Below, piece after piece: positions 1 through 11,117 of a stretch of 64,000 nucleotides of DNA. Origin of the DNA: Octopus sinensis (taxonomy: Eukaryota); contig NC_043000.1 of NCBI RefSeq assembly GCF_006345805.1, positions 65,782,001 to 65,846,000 on the forward strand. The letters run 5' to 3'. The stretch's first letter is position 1; each line of letters begins with the position of its first letter. Position numbers and translations under genes: made by a program. The notes beneath the pieces are model-generated. The model saw only the letters and a list, made by a program, of their open reading frames with translations. It was not told where the DNA came from and ran no database searches.

Positions 1-38
<38 letters not shown>

Positions 39-427
39 CACACGCACGCACGCACGCACGCACGCACACATACACAGATGCAGACGCGCGCGCACACTCA
101 CACAATGTCAACCCTTTCCTCGTAAAAAGTGATATTCTTCTGAAAAGCATTGAGTAATATTTCAATTTAATGGCGCGGCGACGAATTGGCTGACTTGCAA
201 TACGACGGGAAAAAGTACTTCCGCTGAGGTCGATTTCGCCTTTCATCATTATTTATGTCGATGACGTACATACCAGTCAAGTACTGATGTCCATTTAATT
301 TGCCCATTCTTCTCACAATTTCCTGCCATCTGCCAAAATTTGAGGAATATTTCAGTTTAAAGTTAAATCGTTTTTATATGTAATTTCACATAAAAATCAA
401 ACATTAGCATATATGTATGTATGTATG

Positions 428-461
<34 letters not shown>

Positions 462-514
462 TGTATGTATGTATGTATGTATGTATGTATGTATTTATGT
501 ATGTATGTATGTAA

Positions 515-1015
515 GGCGGCGAGCTGGCAGAAACGTTAGCACGCTGGTCGACTTTGCCTTTCATCCTTTCGGGGTCGATAAATTAAGTACCATTTACGCA
601 CTGGGGTTGATGTAATCGACTTAATCCGTTTGTCTGTCCTTGTTTGTCCTTTCTGTGTAGCCCCTTGTGGGTAGTAAAGAAATAGGTATTTCGTCTGCCG
701 TTACGTACTGAGTTTAAATTCCGCCGAGGTCGACTTTGTCTTTCATCCTTTCGGGGTCGATAAATTAAGTACCAGTTACGCACTTAATCCCTTTGTCTGT
801 CCTTGTTTGTCCTCTCTGTGTGTAGCCCTTTTTGGGCAGTAAAAAATAAGAATCGTTAGCACGCCGGATAAAATGCTTAGTAGGATTTCGTACGTCTTTG
901 CGTTCTGAGTTCAAATGCCGCCAAGGTCGATAAAGTAAGTACCAGTGAAATACTGGGATCGATGTAATCGACTTAGCCTCAAACCCGAAATTGCTGGTAT
1001 TGTGCTAAAATTTAA
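515..1015 (+). mobile_element. tRNA-derived SINE family A, multimeric rearranged copy
   Basis: Head ggcggcgagctggcagaa..gttagcacg, B-box-like gagttcaaat, repeated body ccgaggtcgactttgcctttcatcctttcggggtcgataaattaagtacc; many homologues in the window. Confidence 0.85.
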
Positions 1016-1322
1016 AACCTACATGAACGTATGTATGTATGTCATTATTCAGTTTTATTTCAAGATTTCTTGTCAATAGAGAAAGAGACTGTTTATTACC
1101 TAGATCCAAGGCTCCTTCGTTGGAATTTCAACGACATCAGCAGGTATTTTTGCATGTGTGTGTCTATGTATGTATGTATGTATGTATGTATGTATGTATG
1201 TATGTATGTATGTATGTATGCATGCATGTATGTATGTATTAAAATACAAAATCATCATCTCTGGTCTGTGCATTTTCATCTTCAGTCGTTTCTTCTGCAC
1301 TATTATTTGTTTGGATGTGTGA

Positions 1323-1368
<46 letters not shown>

Positions 1369-1848
1369 AAAACAGAGCTAACAGCGATGTATTATCAATC
1401 GGAGCAAAATACTTCATAAACCTCTCTTTTGACACTCCAGGTTAACAATATTATTTAGATTAGTGAAAAACTTCAGGTATTCTTATGGCAGGGTCCAAGG
1501 TTATGGTTCGTCACAATTCTACATTGTAAATCCATGGATGGACTCCAGACATACTGGTTTTTACCCAGAGTGATATATAAAAAAGAACATGCTAAATATA
1601 ATGGCCATTACATATTTTTCCTTTATTAGAGCAAATTTGGCTTACACCTGTTTCTGGTAGTCATTATAGGTATATTAATGACAGGTTAACTCTATTGGTC
1701 AGTTGATGAATTGAGAAAAATTTGAACGACCTAAGAAAATTAATGCTACTTTCATCAGAGCCATTTCTGGTTATATCACATATATATGTATGCATATATG
1801 TAAGCATGTATGTTTGTATGTATGTATGTATGTATGTATGCATGTATG

Positions 1849-1882
<34 letters not shown>

Positions 1883-2606
1883 TGTATGTATGTATGTATG
1901 TATGTATGTATGTATTATGTATGCATACATGCATGTATATATGTATGTATGTACGTATGTATGTATGAATAGATGAATGAATGGATGTGTATATATATTT
2001 GTGTGTATGTGTGTATATATATATATATTCTTTAACAAGAATAGTATTGACAGTGATTTCGAAGTCACTGTCAATACCATTCTTGTTAAAGAATAATGAA
2101 TATGTCCTTTACAAAGAGTACTCAGTTATCCTTCAGTTTAGGATAACATTGTTTTCATTATAACTCAATATAAAGACAACCATTAATGTATGTATGTATG
2201 TATGTATGTATGTATGTATGTATGTATGTATGTATGAATGGATGCATGTATGCATGTATGAATGGATGGATGGATTGATGGATAGATGGATGGATGGATG
2301 CGTGTATGTATGACTTTTCTCTTACACTTCTGATGATAGGGAGAATAATCCTTGAGAATAAATTGATTCGGAAAGTTGAGAAAAAAAGAGACTAAAAACC
2401 CTTTAGTGAATAAAATGTTTTTGTAAGATTGAAAGCTACAGAAAGTAGCAGTATAAAAAGGAAGCGAAGTTTCTCTAACCGGAAATAGTAACTGAGCTGC
2501 GTACTTGGCTAGCTATTTGTTATGGCAAAGAAATATATCGTATATCCGTGCTAAATATTCTCTGATTCCTATCCCACAGTATCAGATAATACTTCTGCGT
2601 AGACAA

Positions 2607-3005
2607 GGCGGCGAGCTGGCAGAATCGTTACCACGTCGGGCGAAATGCGTAGCTGTATTTCGTCTGCCGTTACGTTCTGAGTTCAAATTCCGCCGAGGTC
2701 GACTTTGCTTTTCATCTTTTCGAGGTCGATAAATTAAGTACCATTTACGCACTGGGATCGATATAATCGACTTAATCCGTCTGTCTGTCTTTGTTTGTCT
2801 CCTCTGTGTTTAGCCCCTTGTAGGTAGTAAAGAAATAGGTATTTCGTCTGGCTTTACGTTGTGAGTTCATATTCCGCCGAGGTCGACCTTGCCTTTCATC
2901 CTTTCGGGGTCGATAAATTAAGTACCAGTTGCGTACTGGGGTGGATCTAATCGACTGGCCCCCTCCCCCAAAATTTCGGGCCTTGTACCTAGAGTAGAAA
3001 GGAAT
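2607..3005 (+). mobile_element. SINE family A, composite (dimeric) copy
   Basis: Full head and body, then a second B-box half and a different tail (..aaaatttcgggccttgtacctagagtagaaaggaatatt). Confidence 0.9.
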
Positions 3006-3035
3006 ATTTATGCGTAGACGTGTAATGGTTTAGAA

Positions 3036-3363
3036 CAGTGGGTCTCAACCAGGGTCCATATGGTCACTGAGTGTCCGTATAAGATTTTTGGGTGGGGTGG
3101 TCAAATTAACAAAATAGTAAATTAGGGATTCACAATAGTATTTTAAGGGCCCCTGAAAGCATTTTGCTTTAAATGTATGAACTAGTATGTACATATAACA
3201 TAGTTCAACCTACACAATTTAATGTGTGAAAAACTATAAAGGAATTTTGAAAGAAGTTTCTATAAAATTAGTTTTTAAATATCAAATGGCTATCGGGGTC
3301 CACCCGAATAAAATAGTAACCAAAGGGGTCCATAGATAAAAAAAAAATGGCTGAGAACCCCTG
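3036..3363. mobile_element. hAT (Charlie-like) MITE
   Basis: TIRs cagtgggtctcaacc / ggctgagaacccctg; flanking 8-mers gtttagaa and atttagat (6/8 match, NTYTAGAN-type hAT target). Confidence 0.7.
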
Positions 3364-3512
3364 ATTTAGATGAAAGTTAAGCTAAACTGCCCCAACGATT
3401 TACACATTGTTTGAAGGTGTACCTTAAGGGCACATTTAAATAAAGGAGCCAGCGTAAGAGCCTTCATAAGGTCGCTCGACCTATTACAGTGATCTTTTTT
3501 AAAAAAACAAAT

Positions 3513-3913
3513 GTATGGCTGTGTAGTAAGAAGTTGGCTTCTCAACCACATGGTTTCGGGTTCAGCCCCACTGAAAGTCTCTTCTACTATAGCACCCAGG
3601 CTGATCAAAGCCTTGTCAGTGGATTTGGTAGACAGAAATTGAAAGCCCGTCGTGCGCGCGCGTGTGTGTGAGGGTGTGTGTGTGTGTGTGTTTATCTTTG
3701 TGCTTCTCCCCTCCCACCGTTTGACAACCGGGGTTATTTTTTTAAGTCCCCATAACTTTGCAGTTCGGTAAAAAGAAATAAAGAAACATAGAATAAGTAC
3801 CTGGCTTAAAGAATTAAAAAGAGTATTGGCGGTCGATTTGTTTGACTAAACCTTTCGAGTTGGTGCCTAAGCATGGCCGCGGTTCAATGTATGAAAAAGT
3901 AAAAGATAAAAGA
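3513..3913 (+). mobile_element. tRNA-derived SINE family B with internal (TG)n
   Basis: Head gtatggctgtgtagtaagaag..ggtttcgggttcag; tail gcatggccgcggttcaatg..aagtaaaagataaaaga, shared with 4080-4422, 19097-19162 and 51215-51320. Confidence 0.75.
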
Positions 3914-4079
3914 ACAAGCTGGATCACGCGATCGTAAATGCACTATATCTGAGAGAAACATTGGTCCTACATATATTATGTTTAAATGAAAAAAATATAT
4001 ACGGGACGATCATGGCTGGAACACCTTAGTTCCTAGCTATTCACAGACATGACGAATCTGGGTCTGAACATCTGGGTCT

Positions 4080-4422
4080 GAAACCCGTCGTATACATACA
4101 TACATACATACATACATACATACATACATACATACACACACCACAAAACACACACACACACACACACACGCGCACACACACACACACAAACACATACACA
4201 CATATATATATATATTATATATACAGACAATTGTAGCGTGGAAGGTGTTCGTGTTTGTCCACCCCACTGCTTGAGATCCGGTGTTGGCTTGTTTACGTAC
4301 CTGTACCCTAGCGGCCTGGCAAAAACAGACCGAAAGAATAAGAACCAGGCTTTGAAAAAAGAAGTACTGAGGTCGATTTGTACGGCTGAAAGTTTCAGTG
4401 ACCGAAACAAGTAAAAGATAAA
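4080..4422 (+). mobile_element. SINE family B, 3' part
   Basis: gaaacccgtcg + microsatellite + ..gaataagaaccaggc..gtactgaggtcgatttg..gaccgaaacaagtaaaagataaaa. Confidence 0.65.
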
Positions 4423-4426
4423 ATGT

Positions 4427-4460
<34 letters not shown>

Positions 4461-4600
4461 CAAGACAGATCGCTCGCTTGATAGACAGTCAGAAAGAGAG
4501 AGAGACAGGAGGGAGAGAGAGAGAGGGAGAGAGAGAAGGAGGAAGAGATAGGGACAGAGACAGAAACAGACACACACACGCGCTCGCACACGCACGCACG

Positions 4601-4634
<34 letters not shown>

Positions 4635-5077
4635 GAAATTTATTTGTATAAATCCTTTTAAATATGTTATATTACTTTACGGATTTTACGGTATGAACTG
4701 TTTAACTTGAAAGTAAAATATCGTTTCAGTTTTGAGTATCTAAGTTATGGTTAATTGTTACATCTCCCATCAAAAGTTCAAATCTTGTGGCTCAGACGAC
4801 TGAGCCACAAGATCATGTCCACAACTTTACTCTCAACTCCAGAAAATAATCTGTTACTTTCCTTAATGGCTTATCAATTATGGGGAAATCTTCAATCGTG
4901 AAATTATCTCCCTTCCTGAAGTGGAGCCGGTCTTAGTAGCCATTTGATAATTACAAATCATTCTCTAGCGGTGGAGATAATTTTAATACATCGTTAATTC
5001 ATGTTGTATTTAACATTGGTATTTGTCTTTGTATATATACATACGAATATATTATGTGATATTTATGTGTGTATATA

Positions 5078-5124
<47 letters not shown>

Positions 5125-5612
5125 CACACACTCACATATATATCTGTACTTATATGCACATAATATATTACTGTTTGTGTCAGCCTTCCAGTTGCTGTTT
5201 TTACTGAGATCTCCCTTTTTAGTAGAAGAAATAGCTATAACCCTTTGACTGCTATTTCTAAATTCGGTATGTGGTAAGCAATTCGTTGCTAAACCCTTAT
5301 TGCTTAGTATTACTTAAATTTTCCTCGAATGAGGCTTTTACATGCCGAAGACTACTTGGTGTAATTGATAATTATTCAAATTAATTAATTTCACCCTTCA
5401 TTATTACGGATAACCATATTTTATCTCAGTAGATGACCACAGCATCTTGTTTTGGCTACACGGGGTGGGAAGGGGCTGGTGACACAATCGTTTCATTCAC
5501 AAATTGAATTCGGTGATACTAGTTGCGGATTCTAGCTCGCTCTGATACTGAGTTGAGTTGGTGCCTCCTAGTATCTCAAAATTCAATATATAATCATTTA
5601 TGATTATAGTAT

Positions 5613-5718
5613 TCTACGCTGAAGAGAAAAGAAGTTCGGTAAGATAGAATTATTTAATATTTAATATTTAATTCTTATGCTTTCCTAAAAACTTGATTTC
5701 GAAACGTACGTCCGTGGA
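5613..5718 (+). ncRNA. Type I hammerhead ribozyme, copy 1 (predicted cleavage after C5712)
   Basis: Stem I TCTACG(5613-18)/CGTGGA(5713-18); core CTGAAGA 5619-25; stem II closes G5626-C5700 (GAAA/TTTC then AAGTT/AACTT, distal AGAATTA/TAATTCT); GAAA 5701-04; stem III palindrome ACGTACGT 5704-11; GTC triplet. Confidence 0.85.
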
Positions 5719-6212
5719 TAACTTTAAAAATGTTGATAGATTGCAGTTAATTCATTCTCTCTTACCTGTTGTGTCAGCCTTCAGTTGCTGTTTTTACTGA
5801 GATCTCCCTTTTTAGTAGAAGAAATAGCTATAACCCTTTGACTGCTATTTCTAAATTCGGTATGTGGTAAGGCAATTCGTTGCTAAACCCTTATTGCTTA
5901 GTATTACTTAAATTTTCCTCGAATGAGGCTTTTACATGCCGAAGAAGACTACTTGGTGTAATTGATAATTATTCCAAATTAATTAATTTCACCCTTCATT
6001 ATTACGGATAACCATATTTTATCTCAGTAGTTGACCACAGCATCTTGTTTTGGCTACACGCGGGTGGGAAGGGGCTGTTGACACAATCGTTTCATTCACA
6101 AATTTGAATTCGGTGATACTAGTTGCGGATTCTAGCTCGCTCTGATAATGAGTTGAGTTGGTGCCTCCTAGTATCTCAAAATTCAATATATAATCATTTA
6201 TGATTATAGTAT

Positions 6213-6319
6213 TCTACGCTGAAGAGAAAAGAAGTTTCGGTAAGATAGAATTATTTAATATTTAATATTTAATTCTTATGCTTTCCTAAAAACTTGATTT
6301 CGAAACGTACGTCCGTGGA
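6213..6319 (+). ncRNA. Type I hammerhead ribozyme, copy 2 (predicted cleavage after C6313)
   Basis: Same elements as copy 1, all core nucleotides intact; one extra T inside stem II. Confidence 0.85.
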
Positions 6320-6612
6320 TAACTTTAAAATGTTTGATAGATTGCAGTTAATTCATTCTCTCTTACCTGTTTGTGTCGCCTTCCAGTTGCTGTTTTTACT
6401 GAGATCTCCCTTTTTAGTAGAAGAAATAGCTATAACCCTTTGACTGCTATTTCTAAATTCGGTATGTGGTAAGGCAATTCGTTGCTAAACCCTTAGCTTA
6501 GTATTACTTAAATTTTCCTCGAATGAGGCTTTTACATGCCGAAGACTACTTGGTGTAATTGATAATTATTCCAAATTAATTAATTTCACCCTTCATTATT
6601 ACGGATAACTAT

Positions 6613-6694
<82 letters not shown>

Positions 6695-6954
6695 TTATAT
6701 ACATAAATAGATATGCATTTTTAATTTGTCACTCAAACTTCAATAGTCATTAAATTTCATCTTCAAAACAGGATATAGTTAGTTAGTTGATTGACATACG
6801 CCCTATCAGATTTGTTATTTTGTCCTATTTTGTTATCAGCAAGCAAACTGAAAGAATGTGTCTTGTGCATACTTTGAGGTCACCGACTAAGCTGTTACGC
6901 GTACGTTTGATTAGTGATTTTATTCTCAAAAAACTGACCATATATAATATATAT

Positions 6955-7017
<63 letters not shown>

Positions 7018-8545
7018 TTTGATTGAGGTAATACAAAAGATAAAACGAAACTAATACGAGCATACAGAACACTATATAATTATTATACATTGCAATATTT
7101 ATTTAATGTAGAACATTGTTGCGAGAAGAAATCTCGTTTTCTCTCTTGTTTGACAGATTTTGTTAATGCTTTTAATTAATGCTTTAATAATCTTTTATTA
7201 TATGCTCATATAATGAATGGACTCATGAAAATCGGTGATAAAATATATTTGTCTGAAAGAACCTAAAACGTAGCTGTTATTTCATTAAATTTCCATGAAT
7301 TTATTTGTAAAATTATTCTATTAAAATGCAAAAATAAAAAATGGAAGAAATTTATTACATAAGGTCGTGTCCAGTCGATGAGAGTATTATCTTTGTGAAC
7401 CCGACGCCATCCGAAATTTTGAAGATACATTGAGAACATTGTCAGAAGTTCCATGCATTCACTTTCGGCTATTTATTCAAAATATTAAGCAAAACAGAAG
7501 AATCAACATGACTTATTTCATTTTAACACCGAATTTCATTGGTGGTCTTCATTTTCTTTAGTGTCGTTTAATTCACTTTAGTGTCGGCCATTTTAGATAC
7601 CTTTTCTAAAAGATCACCCATGTTTTAATATCTTTACTATGTATGTAACATTTTATTAATCAAATGCTCTTCTTAATAGTAATAAATATTCACCTATCAC
7701 TGTTGTTCTGTTGATAACACAACAAATGTTATCCAACGCACATTCAAATATTTTTCTTTCTGTCTGCTTATCACTACTTTAGGGAACTGTAGTCAGTCAG
7801 ACAACATGCGACCTGATTACACAAAGGCTCTGCTTTGACATGTAATCATGCAGTAGTTCTTAGAAATGAGTGACTAAGAATATCTCCGTTTATGGCTTGT
7901 TATTATATCCTTTTTATTGTATCTCGGGAGGGACCTTATACTAATAATAAACAGTGTTTCTATTTCATTTCTTTTATTATTATAAGTCACCTAGTTAACC
8001 ATTTACCCTATTACCATATTAATCGATTGTTTGATCAAGCGTTTCGTCACCTCATCAATGACATACGCCCAGTTTACTCTAGCTCTGCTCCAGGCCTGTT
8101 CACAAATTCCATATTTTATATTTACTGGGGATGTGAATGACAATATATGAGAGAGAGAGGGGTGTGTGCGTTCCTGTGTATGCCTATGGTGTGGACTCTG
8201 TAAAAGGTGTGAATGCTTAAACGTTTATTTATTTATCAATTTATTTGTTTATTCTATGGTTAGTATTTTTGTCTCTCCGAATGGAATGCGTGTGTATGTA
8301 GGTGTACGTTGATGCGTGTGAGTGCGTGTATGGACATTCAAGACTAATAACTATATTTATTTTCGGAATGGTGCGGATCATATTACAATTTTTTAAATCT
8401 CTCTTTCTCTTTCATTCTAATAGCGCAAAGGAATAATGAATTTATCTATCAATGTGCTATACTTAACATATGTATAAGCAAATCATATAAGCACACACTC
8501 TACTGCGCGCGGGCGCAAACACACACACACACACACACACACACG

Positions 8546-8624
<79 letters not shown>

Positions 8625-9030
8625 ATCACAAAAATGTATGTTTAATAAGCCAATGTATATTTACTAAACTAACACACATGACGATGTATGTTTATTAACT
8701 TATAGGTCTATAATTTTTTCCTCTGGTCGTTGTGGTAGTGGGACCAGTTTCCTTTATAAATGCTGTGGTCCGCCGCAGTATCTGATTTACATTGTGTTTA
8801 TCGACCAATTTGATATCAATATGCAACTACATGGTGGTCTGCAACTATAATATACAGGAACATACATATATGCGAATTTGTATACCACCACGACCAATCT
8901 AATGCCAAGGTGCCTATTCTTTGTGGCATACATCAGCATTATAAAGGTATGCATATACATGTACATTCATAAATGATAGTAAATAGTTTAATATTTTTGT
9001 AGCAGCAGCAGCAATAGTAGTAGTAGTAGT

Positions 9031-9090
<60 letters not shown>

Positions 9091-9269
9091 ATGGTGGTGG
9101 TGGTGGTGGTGGTGTGGGCATTATACTTTATCCGTATTTTTATTTTATTAAATGAGATTCACGTATCTGTCGTCAAGTTACGTCATAGGATGATTTGTAG
9201 GTCTATGATATTCAACATGCCTTCATGTTTATCCTAAACATGGCGTTAAAGTACTGACGTAGGCCTTCT

Positions 9270-9345
9270 ATAGCCAGCTTGGTTCAGAGAATGGAGGAGC
9301 ATAAGAAAGAATACAGTGATAAGAAACTTCCGTCGGTATTATTTT
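9270..9345 (+). pseudogene. GIY-YIG endonuclease fragment (Penelope-like), copy 1
   Basis: Translates SLVQRMEEHKKEYSDKKLPSVL; homologous to 9782-9880. Confidence 0.45.
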
Positions 9346-9360
9346 CTGTTCCTTGCCATA

Positions 9361-9763
9361 CTTCTCAAAAGGAGTGGTTGTCGGAGAATTTCTACAGTTT
9401 CACCAGCTCAAATTTCTAGTCTCCATATTCCTCCGATTGTAATGCCATGGATTCCTATGTGTGAGATACAGATGAGAAAGGTATCAACCGCTCTGCCCGC
9501 AAATCAAGGCCGACATGGTGGTCAAGATCAAAGAGGTATTCGAAGATCTTCCAAGGGTTACAATGAGAAAAGCATGCGCCAGTTTCCGGAGCTACCTTGA
9601 GTCCGTGTTAGAAGCTGGGGGCAGCTACTCTGGGCAAACTATTATTTCCCAACCATCATTTAGTTGATACTTTTTTATTTTTAAAGTTACTTATATTTTT
9701 GGATGGGATAATGCGCTTTCTTTTCCTTTTATGCAAACTGTCATATTTAGTCCAAACACACCT
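9361..9763 (+). mobile_element. Tc1/mariner (maT/DD37D-like) transposase 3' fragment
   Basis: QKEWLSENFYSFTSSNF*SPYSSDCNAMDSYV resembles WLxENFxxFxxxxWPPxSPDxNPLDYxVW; followed by KIKEVFEDLP..RKACASFRSYLESVLEAGG. Confidence 0.6.
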
Positions 9764-9781
9764 TAAGAATTCACCACAGCA

Positions 9782-9880
9782 TATATTGGGAGAAACTGCC
9801 TCGAGCCTGGCTGAGAGAATAGCGCATCACTAGAAAGAATATAGTGATAGGAAACCTATGTCGGTACTACATCAGCATGA
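9782..9880 (+). pseudogene. GIY-YIG endonuclease fragment (Penelope-like), copy 2
   Basis: YIG/ETASSLAERIAHH*KEYSDRKPMSVLHQH (frameshift and stop) matches the YIGET-x-R-x-EH motif. Confidence 0.6.
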
Positions 9881-10139
9881 TAAGGATCATCAAAACAAAA
9901 TCTTATTGTTCTTCTCACTACGTATATAACTTCAATTAACATTTCTTATATTACAGCACCAAATATGCTAGTGTCACCGTTACTTTCTCTTTGTATGTGT
10001 ATGTACACATACAAACGTACACACATATAATGTGTGTATGCAAGTATGTATGTATGTACTATGTATGAATGGATGGATGGGGATGGATGGATGTGTATGT
10101 ATGTTCGTACGTATGTATACATGACTGTATGTATACCCA

Positions 10140-10555
10140 AAATCTACGTGACCACCAGGCGGTAGAGCCATTCTCTCTCACAATTCCGCCCATCTCCACG
10201 TCCAGTTCCTCACTAAGATCACCTCCATGATAGGACCGAACCACGACAAAGTACACATCTTTAACTCTTTCATTCGCACCTCCACCAACATCATTTGCTT
10301 TACAACATAAGCGAAACGGGTCACCGTTTAGCGGACTGATATACCGAGCACTTTCGAGACATCTGTTTCCGGATACAAAACTTAGTTTCCATTTATTTCC
10401 GCTTGCCGTACTTCACACAACACTCTAGTATGTTTGGCTTGGCTTTATAAACTTATCCACAAAATCCAGACATCGCAAAGAACTACGATTCATCTCTTCC
10501 CTTAAGACTCATGTACCACCCGGTCTCAAATCACCACCGATCTTCCTGTAACATA
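10140..10555 (-). mobile_element. Degraded LINE 3' fragment (RTE-like)
   Basis: Minus-strand VRMKELKMCTLSWFGPIM resembles the R-x-LRWFGHV motif; many stops. Confidence 0.4.
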
Positions 10556-10775
10556 CTACACGCCCACACAGAGATACATACAGTTACATACACACGCGCA
10601 TAGAATATAAGCCACATACACAGCCATACACACATAGCCACGAACACATACACTTATACGTACACGCACACACAAGCACACACACACACAAGCACACACA
10701 CACACTCTCATACACACATTGCCAGCCTCAACCCAGCAAACACTTTCATACACACGCACACATATACGTACATGC

Positions 10776-10828
<53 letters not shown>

Positions 10829-11117
10829 CACACACACACACACACACAAGTATATAATTATATGAACACACTTATACACACACACATACATACGGACACA
10901 CCAACCAACTACCAGGTTCAGGCCCAAGTTTCTCTCCCCTTTTTAGTCTCATTCACTTTCTTTTCCAATGAATTTTTTCTTCTGCATGCGTACATACATA
11001 ACATAGATATTTATATTTATACACACATAAAACACACACACGCACGAATGCTTATAACATTGACTCACACGCAAAAATACAGAAATACACCAACTTTTAT
11101 ATGTACTTTTAAATATA

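Larger units (their letters stand above)
5171..6609 (+). mobile_element. Tandem array (2.4 x ~600 bp) with one type I hammerhead ribozyme per full unit; retrozyme-like or Penelope pLTR-derived non-autonomous element
   Basis: Unit starts (ctgt(t)tgtgtc(a)gcc) at 5171, 5766 and 6367; copies near-identical; no ORF in track; (TA)-rich flanks on both sides; hammerhead in units 1 and 2. Confidence 0.8.

Noticed and set aside
515-1015. CRISPR-like repeated blocks
   Set aside because: Repeats are SINE internal duplications with no unique spacers, in a eukaryotic context without cas genes.
2327-2360. CTGATGA followed by a short AGG/CCT stem
   Set aside because: No GAAA or cleavage triplet.
7263-7454. 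63-aa ORF MELLTMFSMYLQNFGWRRV..
   Set aside because: No recognisable motif or convincing splice sites.
8030-8065. Minus-strand TTGATGAG-GTGA-CGAAAC hammerhead-like string
   Set aside because: C3 is mutated and neither stem I nor stem III with a valid NUH site forms.
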